Shown in pieces: positions 49,601 to 60,490 of a stretch of DNA of 64,000 bases (position 1 is its first letter; every line of letters begins with the position of its first letter). The notes beneath the pieces were generated by a model. It was not told the DNA's origin. It ran no database searches and saw only the letters and a list, made by a program, of their open reading frames with translations. Origin of the DNA: Anolis carolinensis. Taxonomy: Eukaryota. The DNA is taken from assembly GCF_035594765.1 (NCBI RefSeq), contig NW_026943819.1:29686703-29750702 (forward strand). Direction: 5' to 3'. A program made the translations under genes and the position numbers.

Positions 49601-51832
49601 AAGACATTGACTACAAAAATGCGTTGGATAATCCAGAACGTTGGATAAGCGAGTGTTGGATAAGTGAGACTCTACTGTATGTGTAATGTGATCCGCTCTG
49701 AGTCCCCTTCGGGATGAGAAGGGCAGAATATAAATACTGTAAATAAAATAAATAAATAAGAGATCAGATTTGCAAACGTTTGAGGGGGAAATGCATATGT
49801 GACATTAGTATATATAAATATAGATCTAGATCTAGCTCTGCATTGTTTATATAGGCATTTAATTTCTGCCTGTTACTATGTCAGAAACCAGCCTGAGTCC
49901 CCATGGGGAGATAATGAGAGAGAAAAGGAAGGAAGGAAGGAAGAAACGAAGGGAGAGGAGGGGGGCTGTTTGCAGTGAGGGAAGAAGAAGAGCAGATCCA
50001 CTCCCTCCTTTATTTCCTGCCCAGGGTCTGCACTTGCCTTTGCGCGGCGGCATCTTCGGCGCCAGAGAGGTCTGCGAGGCGGATGTCACGGGCGCAGAAG
50101 GCAGTGAGGTGACGGAGCATGTCCCGGGCCTGCCGCCCCAGCTCCTTGGAGGGCACCAGCACCAGGCCCCGCACGGCGGCCTCTTTCCCCCCACGGCGGA
50201 GGAGGAGGAGGCGGTGCAGGAGCGGAAGGGCATAGGCGCCTGTCTTCCCGGAGCCCGTCCTGGCCCGCGCCAGCAGGTCCTTGCCCTCCAGGGCCAGCGG
50301 GATGGCCTCGGCCTGCACCAGCGTTGGGCGCCGCCAGCCCAGCGCCGCTACCGCCTGATGGGTAAAGAAAGAAGGAAGGAGAGGAAATAGAATAGTCTCA
50401 CTTATCCAAGCTAAACAGGCCGGCAGATGCTTGGATAAGTGAATATCCTGGATAATAAGGAGGGATTAAGGAAAAGCCTATTACACATCAAATTAGGTTA
50501 TGATTTTACAAATTAAGCACCAAAACGTCATGTTATACAACAAATCTGACAGAAAAAGTAGTTCAACATGCAGTAATGCTATGTAGTAATTCCTGTATTT
50601 ATGAATTTAGCACCAAAACATCACAAAATATTGAAAACCTTGACTACTAAACATTGACTACTAAAAGGCAGACTGCGTTGGATAATCCAGAATGATAAGC
50701 GAATGTTGGATAAGTGAGACTCTACTGTACATCAATAACATGAAGGTACAAATTTCAGGAGCCCCCACTGGTGCAGGAGGTTAAACCACTAAGCTGCTGA
50801 ACTTGCTGACCAAAAGGATGTAGGTTCGAATCCAGGGAGCGGATTGCACTCCCACTGTTAGCCCCAGCTTCTGCCAACCTAGCAGTTTGAAAATGCAAAC
50901 GTGAGTAGATCAATAGGTACTGCTTCTGCGGGACCGTAACGGTGCTCCATGCAATCATGCTGGCCACATGACCTAGGAGCTGTCTGTGGACAATGCCGGC
51001 TCTTCAGTTTAGAAAAGGGGATGAGCACCAACCCCCAGAGTCGGACACGACTGGGCTTAATGGCAGAGGAAAAACTTTACCTTTACAAATTTAAGGCATG
51101 TGATATGAATTGTACTGTATTCTACACATAAACACTGTGAAATAATGTCAAGGGTGGGAGACAGAACCCTTGTCTGTTTGAAGCAAGTGCTGATGTAGCA
51201 GTTAGCAAGCTTTGAGTAGCCATGAAGTTTGCAAAGTCAATAAGGGAGGGTAACCTGGCTGTCGTTGCCTGGAGGCATCCTCTGTTTAATGTCAGACTAG
51301 ACAGAGATGCCACTGAAATCCATAAGAAACACATGAGTCAATTTCAACAGAAAGGAAGAAACCATGAAAAGGAACACAATCGGATTGCCGGTATTAAAAA
51401 AGACCAGAATCAAGACAGTAAATAATGAACAGTGAACACTACTCAGAAACAGGAGAACTCCAGACAGCAAGCAATCCAGAGCCAGCTAAACACCTCCCAA
51501 GCAGAGGGTGCCTCCAGGCAACAACAGCCAGGCAACCTTCATACAGAGACCCTCGCTGATTGACTTTGCAGCTGCAAGGCTACTCAATGCTAATCAAGCT
51601 CGCTCATTTCACGTTTCCTAATACCTGGAGAGAAGGCCCAAGTTCGCCCATACCTGATCTACACTGGAAAAATAATGCAGTCTGACACCGCTTTAACTGC
51701 CATGCGCCTGTGTTATAAAATATGTGAAGGAAGGATGGAAGGAGGCAAGCAAGCGGGGAAGGAGAAGGCCCAGACCTGAAGCAAACGCGGATCCAGGCCC
51801 AGGTGCTCGAATTTCGGCTCCTCGTCCGCCAT
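39582..51832 (-). CDS. DDX56: DEAD-box RNA helicase 56, 13 coding exons, 557 aa
   Basis: Exons 51832-51776, 50354-50038, 48773-48603, 48006-47916, 47656-47412, 46322-46185, 45284-45171, 44781-44687, 44057-43984, 43207-43118, 42988-42883, 41886-41804 and 39674-39582 (1674 nt). Motifs [32 protein letters not shown] and the DDX56-typical [16 protein letters not shown]. The intron after 50038 uses a GC donor. Confidence 0.96.
40570..41759 (+). mobile_element. LTR-like element split by a Helitron
   Basis: TGTCA..TGACA termini and the same organisation as the other solo LTRs. The Helitron sits in its AATAAA. TSD not matched. Confidence 0.5.
41233..41686 (+). mobile_element. Non-autonomous Helitron (same family as 34509)
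   Basis: A|TCTATATATATAAAAGAGTGATGG...CACAGCTAG|T. Confidence 0.85.
42114..42820 (+). mobile_element. Solo LTR (Gypsy-like)
   Basis: TGTTG..CAACA termini, flanks AAATC/AAATG (TSD with one mismatch), AATAAA at about 42742. Confidence 0.7.
45611..46151. mobile_element. Mariner-derived foldback MITE with ~145-bp inverted arms
   Basis: CGAGGGCTATCCACAAAGTTAATGAC..TTTCATAA (45611-45755) mirrored at about 46011-46151. TA on the left flank. Confidence 0.88.
46386..46850 (-). mobile_element. tRNA-derived SINE with L2-like tail (Anolis SINE2-like)
   Basis: Head GGGCCGGGCTGTGGCGCAG..GAGTTCGAG; tail ..ATCCGCCCTGAGTCCCCTTCGGGGTGAGA..(TAAA)n. Other copies at 17835-18560, 39955-40410, 34940-35090 and 49203-49757. 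Confidence 0.65.
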
Positions 51833-51834
51833 GC

Positions 51835-51970
51835 TGCCTTTCTGCATGACTGAATGTCAACTTCCGCCGGAAGTCGGCGCCTCGCCTGCATGCATCACCC
51901 ACGGAGAGTCGAGAGCCAGCTTTGCGGACAGAGCGGCCCTATGCTGCCCCCTAGAGGCCCGGGAGGGAAG
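51835..51970 (-). promoter_or_regulatory. DDX56 promoter
   Basis: Inverted ETS pair ACTTCCG-C-CGGAAGT at 51860-51874 and a CTCF-like CCTCTAGGGGGCAGC on the minus strand at 51943-51957. CpG-rich. Confidence 0.65.
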
Positions 51971-52379
51971 CGGAGCTACCACTCAGCCACTGCTTAATGA
52001 TGATGGTAATAATATAATAATAAAATAATATCTCTAATATCCTATGCCCTTGGGAAGCACCTAGTATTCAGAGACCAATCCCAGACACTTGGAGCTAAAG
52101 TGAATGCATGCTGTGATGTTATGTATGTGTAATAAAATAATATACATCAGTATTTTTACCATATGTTGTCACATGTCTTGATTGTATTTTATTTTGTTTT
52201 ATTAATTGTTTGGGCTTGGCCCCATGTTAGCCGCCCTAAGTCCCTTCGGAGAAATGGAGGCAGGATACAAAAATAAAATTATTCTTATATAACGTAATAA
52301 TACATATATAAAAGTAAACATGTGATCTAGTACAAAAACCAGCAGAGTGATTTTGTTGACTGTGTACTAATATTATTAG

Positions 52380-52640
52380 GAAAGGAGAGAGAAAAAAGGA
52401 GAGAAGGAAGAGATAGAAAGGAAGGGAAACTATGAGGGGAGAAGAAAAGAAAGGAAGCGAAAGATAAGAAAGAAAGGATGATGGAAGGGAGAGATGAGAA
52501 AAAAGGAGGGAAGAAACAGGAAGGGAGGGAAAGAAAAGATGAAAGGAGGGAAGGAAGAGAATAAAGGAAGGAAGAGAAAGAAGGGATGAAAGGAGGAAGG
52601 GAAGAATTAGGAAGGAAGGAAGAGAAAGTATCAGTTAGAG
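52380..52640. repeat. Polypurine (GA-rich) low-complexity tract
   Basis: Almost only A and G for about 260 bp. Confidence 0.85.
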
Positions 52641-53039
52641 AAACCAAGAAGCTGGTTGCCCAACTCAGAACAGATAAGGCCCCAGGAGGTTATATACAAT
52701 AACAATATATATTATAATATATTGTATATGCATATATTAATATTATTTTGCAATACAATATAATACTAATTATATATTAATTATATATTAATAATATTAC
52801 AATATATAGATATAGTACAATATGGTAATTTATTGCCAGTATTGTGCTATGCTAATATAATATTGTATGTAAATTTAATTTGTAAGCCGCTCTGAGTCCC
52901 CTTTGGGGTGAGAAGGGAGGGATATAAATGTATTAAATAATAATAATAATAATAAATATCCCAGCAGAGGCCATCAAGAACAACCTGGACTTCTGGACCC
53001 CCATCCCAGCCTCACTTTTTACGTGTATTGACAGCTATG

Positions 53040-54010
53040 GCCAAATCCCCAAGGATTGGGGGGCTGCAATCATTGGTCCCATCTATAAAAAGGGAAAAAC
53101 AGACAAACCTGCAAATTATCAACACATCAGCCTCCTTAACTATCAGTAAGCTATATACTAGACATCTCCAATGGAAACTCCAAGATTAGTTGGAGCAAGA
53201 AAGCATACTAGCAGAGGAGCAAGCTGGATCTAGGGCAATGACAGGCAACCTTTTGCACTTGGTGTGTCAAAATTCACCAAAAAACCTAGCATGACTTGGG
53301 TGGTGTGTCACTTTGAGAAAAAAACCATATTTTCACAATATATATAGTTTAAATAACAAAAATATGTAATTATAATATATAACTGTATTTAATAAATCAA
53401 AAATCATCAACAATCTATGGCACCTCTTGCAATTTCCATGCTGATTTCTCTCTATTGTAGTTTCAATGTAGTCATGAATAATGAATAATATAATAGTATA
53501 ATAGTAATAATATACTACAATAATAGAATGATATGTAATGTGATAATTCCCATGGAGTAAACAACAAAACCACTGGACCAAATCACACCAAATTTGGCCA
53601 CAAAAGACATTAATCATCCAATCAATCTGCATGCGGCAGCGTGTCAGCAAAAATGGCTAGGCGTGTCAGTGTTGACACGCGTGTCATAGGTTGGCCATCA
53701 CTGATCTAGGGTCTCGTGTTGCAACATATTGTGGAAAAATACTCTTCCCAAAGTATAAACTCACTAAATGCTGCTTTCATTGACTTAAAAGCAGCCTTCG
53801 ATTCCATCCTGTGAAACTCTGGGGAAAATTGCAGAGTGCTACAATCGATCACCGCCTATTATATCTAATAGGCCAACTTCACAAAAAGACCACACTCAAA
53901 GGAAGATACAACCCACAGGGCCACCTCACTGAGGCTATTGAAACAGGCAAGAGGGTCTGGCCCCGTGGCTGTTTAACTTGTATATAAACTCCATGGTGGA
54001 CCAGCATCAA
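53040..54010 (+). pseudogene. Decayed LINE reverse-transcriptase fragment
   Basis: PIYKKGKTDKPANYQHISLL..ILAEEQAG..AAFIDLKAAFDS with stops and frameshifts, split by a hAT. Confidence 0.7.
53236..53703. mobile_element. Non-autonomous hAT element
   Basis: 8-bp TSD ATCTAGGG on both sides; imperfect TIR CAATGACAGGCAACCT / CAGTGATGGCCAACCT. Confidence 0.82.
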
Positions 54011-55131
54011 AACATGAAAGGAGGGAAGGGAGAGAGAAAAAAGGAGGAAAGGAAGGGGAAAAAAGGAAGAGAAAGTAGTCTGTATCTACTTCTTTCTTTC
54101 TCTGAAAGTGCCTACAACACTCTGTCCCACTGAAAACGGATTAAAGAACATTGCAAGGTTCAAAAAGTATTCCTGACATGAGCAGCCCCTCAGTGCCCTT
54201 CGCTGGGGCTTCTGTTCATGAATAATCCCTTCCCTGGGCTCCCAGTGGGAATTATTATATTTACATGTACATAACAGAAGTCCAATGCAGCCCAGGCCCC
54301 CCTCTCAACACATAAGAAACACCGTTTGCAGAAAAACGTTTATTTCACTCCAAAAACCGTAGCAAGGGACACTAGTAAGAACGTACCCTACTGAACTGGG
54401 ACCAAAGCGGTGGGAGACGGAGACAGGAAGGAACAAGACTCGAGCGCTCCCTCTCCCCCATTTCAGGGTGTCAAGGTCCAGCTCTGGCCCAATCCAAGCA
54501 GAAACAGGAGGGGCCCCAATCCTTTCTTCCTGACCCTCTGAGCCCCAAGGAGCGCAAGAGCTACTGGGTGAACCAGACAGCATCAGGAGGAGAACAAAAT
54601 AGTAAGACTCTGCAACGGTCTCCTATTGATTCTTAAATGGTGAGGGTGGCCTAGTCACTGGTGCGGAGAGTTGTTCCTCTTCTCTTAAAGAGATATGCGA
54701 CCCCTGCAAAGACAAGGATGTCCACAAATGCACTGTGCCCTATGCTACCCTCCCAAACGTTGCACAAATGTTGCACTTTGTCCCATTTGGAAGCACAGTC
54801 ACACAAAGCCTGCAGGAGAGGGGCACTCGGGGTCATCTCAGCCATCGGGCGACAGTGCAAAGGGAGAAGAGAGGCCTCTACACGCCCAAGAGAGAAGCCT
54901 CCTCCTTCCGTTGTCCTGCTTTCCCTGGATTTCAGCTTCCTGAGCCCGGGTCCAGGCCTGAAAAGGGCAGCCAGGGGCGAGTGGTGGGCTTTGCAAAGGG
55001 GGCAAGTGTGGCTCAGCCAAGGGCAGTCTGTCTTGGCCCTCCATCTCAGTCCAGTGCTCTAGGAAGTCCGGAAGAATGACGACGCGTGCCATAGTAGCCA
55101 GAGATGGAGGGGCTGTGTACCGCCTGAGGAC

Positions 55132-58100
55132 CTAAACCAACTTCTTGGCCTCGAAGAAGCTCTTGAGGTGCCTCATCTGCCAGATGCCCGTCAGGATGAG
55201 GATGACCGTCTGGGCGATGGACCACCACAGCACCCGCTGGTTGGTGCTCTCGCTGGTCATGCGGAAACGCTCCTCCCGGTACTGCAAAGCAGATGTGGAC
55301 AAAATATTAAAAATTAACTAGGTATTTTTAATTACAAAAATGTGAGTCAAGCACTGAAAGGGTTAAATGGATGCCATGACTCAGCAAAAGCAGCAGTTCA
55401 ATATAAGCATCTGAAAACTTGGATGTTCACAGGTGCCTTCTCAGAACTGATAGTTGATTGTCCATGTGCTTTACCTAGGCCTTGGCCATCCCATGCACTC
55501 TATTACCTTTAGTGGTTCTCATCCCTAATCACCAAAGAATATGCATTTTCAGATTTCCATTCTCCTTAAAATGGCCCATGGCCTTTGGTGCTTGACCACG
55601 GATTGGAACTACTGTCTATTTTTTAAGTTATTTTAACTTTTGTAAGATGTGTTATTATATTGTGATTTTATTGTATTACTGTTTTTATTGATATAATACT
55701 GCTTTGGGCTTGTCCCAGTGTAAGCCGCCCCGAGTCCTTTGGGAGATGGAGCAGGGTATAAATAAAGTTTTATTATTATTTTTATTATTAAGTATTATTA
55801 TTATTAGAAGCAGGTGTGCCTGTAGCTTAGTAGGCCTCATTGTGATAGAAGCCTCAGTATGAGTTGGCCTTAGTGTGAGAAGCTTTGGTGAGAGAAGTCC
55901 CAGGTTGAAGACCTCATGTGTGAAGCTCCAGTGTGAAGACTGCTGTGTGTAAAGCTACTATGTGAAGCTCCTGCCTAAGTTTGTTGTGAGAGGAGGCTCT
56001 GTGAGAGCAAAGCTAGAAGCTGTTCATCTGCATGAGAAAGAAGCCCAATGTAGAAGCAAAGAAGGAAGTATAAAGTATTTTATTTGTATTGTGGAAACCT
56101 TGTTTTTTGTAAATAGTGCCACCATATTATTTTGCTACAAAGAAAAGCCTCCAAAGGAAGAGATGACATTGGTCTGTGTTTTTGTTCTTTTTATCACTTT
56201 TGGCTACTGGTGTTGGGTCACGCTGCTGCTAATAAGTTACTCTGCTGTATGTTTATGGGGAGGGTCTTTTGTTAATAAGCCCACTCGCCCAACAAGGTGA
56301 ACTCTGTCATCAAGGGAACAGCAGACCAGCCCTCTCCACAGGCCACCAATCAGACCCCAAATAGCCAGACCCAGCTCCTGCCTGGGCCTAGGAACTGTGT
56401 AGTTCACAGGGCCCTGGTTTTTCCCTGCTGCTTCACTTTCGGGGCCTCTCCCGACTCACCCTTTGGTAGTTCTGCTCCTTCTGGATCTGCTCCACTTGGT
56501 CCAGGAGCTGCCTGGCCCTCAGCTGCAGCTCCGTCAACTTGTCCTTAGCCGCAATCTCCGGGTAGTTGTTGGCGTGCTCCCCGACCTGCAGATCTAGGTG
56601 GACGCGCTGCGGAGGCACAAGGAGAAAGAGCAGAAAAAGAAAGAAGAGAATAGGAGGAAGACAAAAAGGAGGAGAAGAGGAAGGAGAAGGAAGAGGTGAA
56701 AGGAGGAAGAGGAGAAAGAAGGAGAAGAGGGAGGAAAATGGGAAGAAAGAGAAGGAGGGGGAGAAGGGGGAGAAGGAAGAAGTAGGAGAAGCAGAAGAAA
56801 AGAGGAAGAAGGAGAAAGAGAAGAGGAAGGAGAGGAAGGAGAAGAGTAGAAGAGGAAGATGAGGAGGAAGGAGGAAAAGTGGAAGGCGAAAAAGAGGAAG
56901 AGAAGAGGAAGGAGAAGAAGTGTCAGGGAAAATTACCCAAAAATAGCAGAGCATTCAAAAATATAAACAGGTTACTAATAATAGCATTTAGCATTTAGCT
57001 CACAGCGAGCATAGTGTGAAGTGCCAGGTGGCTGTAAATAATCTCGAGCTTAGGAAGCAAAAATGCAGAGTCCAATCTTAAAAACCACGAAAGGTTTATT
57101 TACAACAAGAGGAAAAGGAATGAGAATATGAAACCTGCCTTGAATCAACCAGACCCCCATGCCCCTGCCCTCGCTTTCCGCAGCCCCTCACTCACCAGAG
57201 TGCCGCCTGCGAAGAGGGCCAGCCGCGTGGAGTTGGAGTGGAGGCAGAGCTGGTGCTCCCCAGGCGTGTGGGAGGTGAAGGTGAAGCGCCCCTCCGAGCC
57301 ATACTGCCGCGAGAGGACCACCTGCAACAAAGGGGGAGGATGGAGGGGGAGCTGTTGGACTTTGGCCCCAGGAGCCCCTCTCTTGCCCTCCTTTCCTTAT
57401 AATCATTATTATTAATATTACTAATATTTTGGTATTACAGTTTATGTCTGTGNNNNNNNNNNNNNNNNNNNNNNNNNNNNNNNNNNNNNNNNNNNNNNNN
57501 NNNNNNNNNNNNNNNNNNNNNNNNNNNNNNNNNNNNNNNNNNNNNNNNNNNNNNNNNNNNNNNNNNNNNNNNNNNNNNNNNNNNNNNNNNNNNNNCCCAC
57601 ATTTTTATTGTTATAATCATTATTATTATTATTATTATTAATATTTTGGTATTACAGTTTATGTCTGTGTCCCTAAATATTTTTAATTATTATTATATTA
57701 CAGTTTATGTTTGTGTCCCCAAGTATTATTATTCTTATTATATTATAGCGTACGTCTGTGTCACAAATTATTATTATTATAATCATTATTATTAATATTA
57801 CTATTATTTTGGTATTACAGTTTATGTCTGTGTCCCTAAATGTTTTTATTGTTGTTGTTGTTATTATCATTATTATACTACAGTTTATGTTTGTGTCCCT
57901 AAATGTTTTTATTGTTGTTGTTATGATTAACATTATTATTATATTAGTTTATGTCTGTGTCCCCAAGTATTATTATATTATCGTTTATGTCTGTGTTCCA
58001 AAATATTATTATATTATAGCGTATGTCTGTGTCCCAAATTATTATTATTATTATCATTATTATTACTAATATTATTATTATTTTGGTATTACAGTATATG

Positions 58101-58381
58101 TCTGTGTCCCCAAGTATTATTATTATGATATTATAGTTTATGTCTGTGTCCCAAAATATTATTATTATATTATGGCGTATGTCTGTGTTCCAAATTATTA
58201 TTATTATAATCATTATTACTGTATTATTATTATTATTTTGGTATTACAGCTTATGTCTGTGTCCCTAAATGTTTTTATTGTTATTATTATTATATTACAG
58301 TTGATGTCTGTGTCCCTAAGTATTATTATTATGATATTATAGCATATGTCTGTGTCCCAAATTATTATTATTATTATTATT

Positions 58382-58412
<31 letters not shown>

Positions 58413-59130
58413 TTTTGGTATTACAGTTTATGTCTGTGTCCCAAAATATTATTATTATATTATAGCGTATGTCTGTGTTCCAAATTATTATTATTATAAT
58501 CATTATTACTGTATTATTATTATTATTTTGGTATTACAGCTTATGTCTGTGTCCCTAAATGTTTTTATTGTTATTATTATTATATTACAGTTGATGTCTG
58601 TGTCCTTAAGTATTATTATTATGATATTATAGTGTATGTCTGTGTCCCAAATTATTATAATTATAATCATTATTATTATTAATAATAATATTATTTTGGT
58701 ATTACAGTTTATGTCTGTGTCCCTAAGTAGTAGTAGTACTATGGCCCGCCCCTTCCGCTTCCGGCTGACCTTCCCATCCGGGTCCTTGACCTCCACGAAC
58801 ATGCCCAAGCCGGGCGTCGAGGGCAGGAAGGCCTCGGCCTGCTTGTCCCATAGCTGCGTCCGGTAGTTGCCTAAAGAAGAGAGAAGAACGTTGGCCCCGC
58901 CCCCTCGCACTTGCCCCGCCCCCTCAGTCTTGGCCCCGCCCCTCTCCCTCCTGCGCATGCGTACCAATGACCATGGTCTCGTCCGGTATCTCCTCGATGA
59001 AGCACCGCTTCTCGGTCTCGCCGATGTGGAAGTAGAGCCCCAGCACCCCGCGGCCTGGCGGAAGCAGCAACACCAGCACCGCCGCCCGGAGCACCCGCCA
59101 GGCCGCACAGGCCTCGCCGCAGCCCGCCAT
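55132..59130 (-). CDS. TMED4: Transmembrane p24 trafficking protein 4 (p24 alpha), 5 coding exons, 229 aa
   Basis: Exons 59130-58965, 58870-58770, 57321-57196, 56606-56460 and 55281-55132 (690 nt). GOLD domain [27 protein letters not shown], coiled coil, TM, and FFEAKKLV* tail. [24 protein letters not shown] and the position next to DDX56 favour TMED4 over TMED9. AATAAA on the minus strand at 54339-54344. Confidence 0.94.
56612..56920. repeat. Polypurine tract (polypyrimidine on the TMED4 sense strand)
   Basis: About 310 bp of A/G directly upstream of the TMED4 exon 4 acceptor. Confidence 0.9.
57400..58727. repeat. Complex AT-rich minisatellite in TMED4 intron 2 containing an assembly gap
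   Basis: Anchor ATGTCTGTGTCCC repeated with variable (TTA)n spacers. N run at 57453-57594. Confidence 0.88.
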
Positions 59131-59300
59131 GGACGACGCCGCCTCCTTCGCCTCAGCCGCCGCGCATGCGCAGCCGGGGAGCTGTGGGGGAAAAAAAAAC
59201 CAATCAGGGCAGCTCCGCGCATGCGTGGTTGGCTGCGCGGCCGCCCCGCCCACCGGAAGAGCGCCTCACGAAGGGGAGGGGGACCGCCAAGCCTCCGCTA
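58740..59300 (-). promoter_or_regulatory. TMED4 CpG-island promoter
   Basis: NRF1-like GCGCATGCG at about 58953, 59162 and 59217; CCAAT at 59200; CCGGAAG at 59253; several CCCCGCCCC GC boxes in intron 1 and at the start of intron 2. Confidence 0.7.
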
Positions 59301-60490
59301 TTAAGCTAGAGCAGACTGTGTGCCTGTCCCTTTAAGAGACTGTCGCTTTAAGCTTGTGGAATGATGCCCAGGGTGGCAGAACGAACCCTTGCCTTTTGGA
59401 AGCAAGTGTCAGTGCTGCAATTAGCCACATAAATATCCATGAAGCTGCAAAGTCAATCAGGGAGGGTCTCTGCATGGAGGTAGCCTGGCCTCTGTTGCCT
59501 GGAGGCACCCCCTGTCTGGGAGCTGTTCACTGGCCACTGATTGCTTGCTGTCTTGAGTTATTATTTCCATTCCTGTGAATGTTGTAATTGGCAAGCTTGA
59601 ATAGCCTTGAGTAGCCTATTCAAGCTGGCTAACTGCAACATCCACACTTGTCTCCCACCCTGAATATTGTTTCACCGGGATCTATACACTCCACTTGATT
59701 CACTACCTCTATGTAGATACCCTCACTGATTGACTTTGCAAGCTTAATGTGCTACACATGCTATTCAATCTGGCTAATTGCAACATCCACACTTGCTTCA
59801 AACAGAAAGGATTCCTTCTCCCACCCTGGACATCATTCCGCAGACCCTTGTATGTTTAAAAAAGCAAGTGTGGATGTCGAAATTGGCGGCTTGATTAGCA
59901 TTTAGTGGCCTTGCTGCTGCAGAGTCAATCAGCTAGGGTCTTTGCCTAAAGGTGGCCTGGCTGTTGTTGCCTGGAGGCACCCTGAGCTATAGCAGAGCCC
60001 TTGAACCAACCTGGACATGGAATATTCTTGGAGAACACAGAAATGCTGGACCACTCTCACAACTACCATGTCAGACTATGCTCCCTCCCTCCTATCCTCC
60101 CGTAGGAAGGTTAAAACTTGGTTATGGGGCCAGGCTTTCGAATAAGAATCAGCAGCGCCAATTATTATTATGTACTCCAGAACTCAATTGACAGACCCAG
60201 TCTTTTGAACTTGAACACGCCCATTTGTATTTTAGAATGTTTTTATGAATGTTGATGTAAGTTAATAATTTTTAATCTGATTTATAGTGTATTGTATAAT
60301 CTTTATATGTGTGTTTATTGTAAGCCACCCTGAGTCCCCTCTCGGGTGAGAAGGGTGGGATATAAATGTTGTAATAAATAAATAAATAAATAAATAAACT
60401 GCTGAACTGCGGAGTTCAAAGGTTCGAATTTGAGGAGAGGAGTGAGCACCCGCTGTTAGCCCCAGCTCCTGCCAACCTAGCAGTTCGAAA

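Noticed and set aside
56566-56862. Lys/Glu/Arg-rich ORF (and similar poly-I, L, Y and N ORFs elsewhere)
   Set aside because: Translations of GA-rich or (TAA)n simple repeats.
59199-59222. ER-stress element (ERSE) in the TMED4 promoter
   Set aside because: Spacing is CCAAT-N10-CCGCG rather than CCAAT-N9-CCACG.
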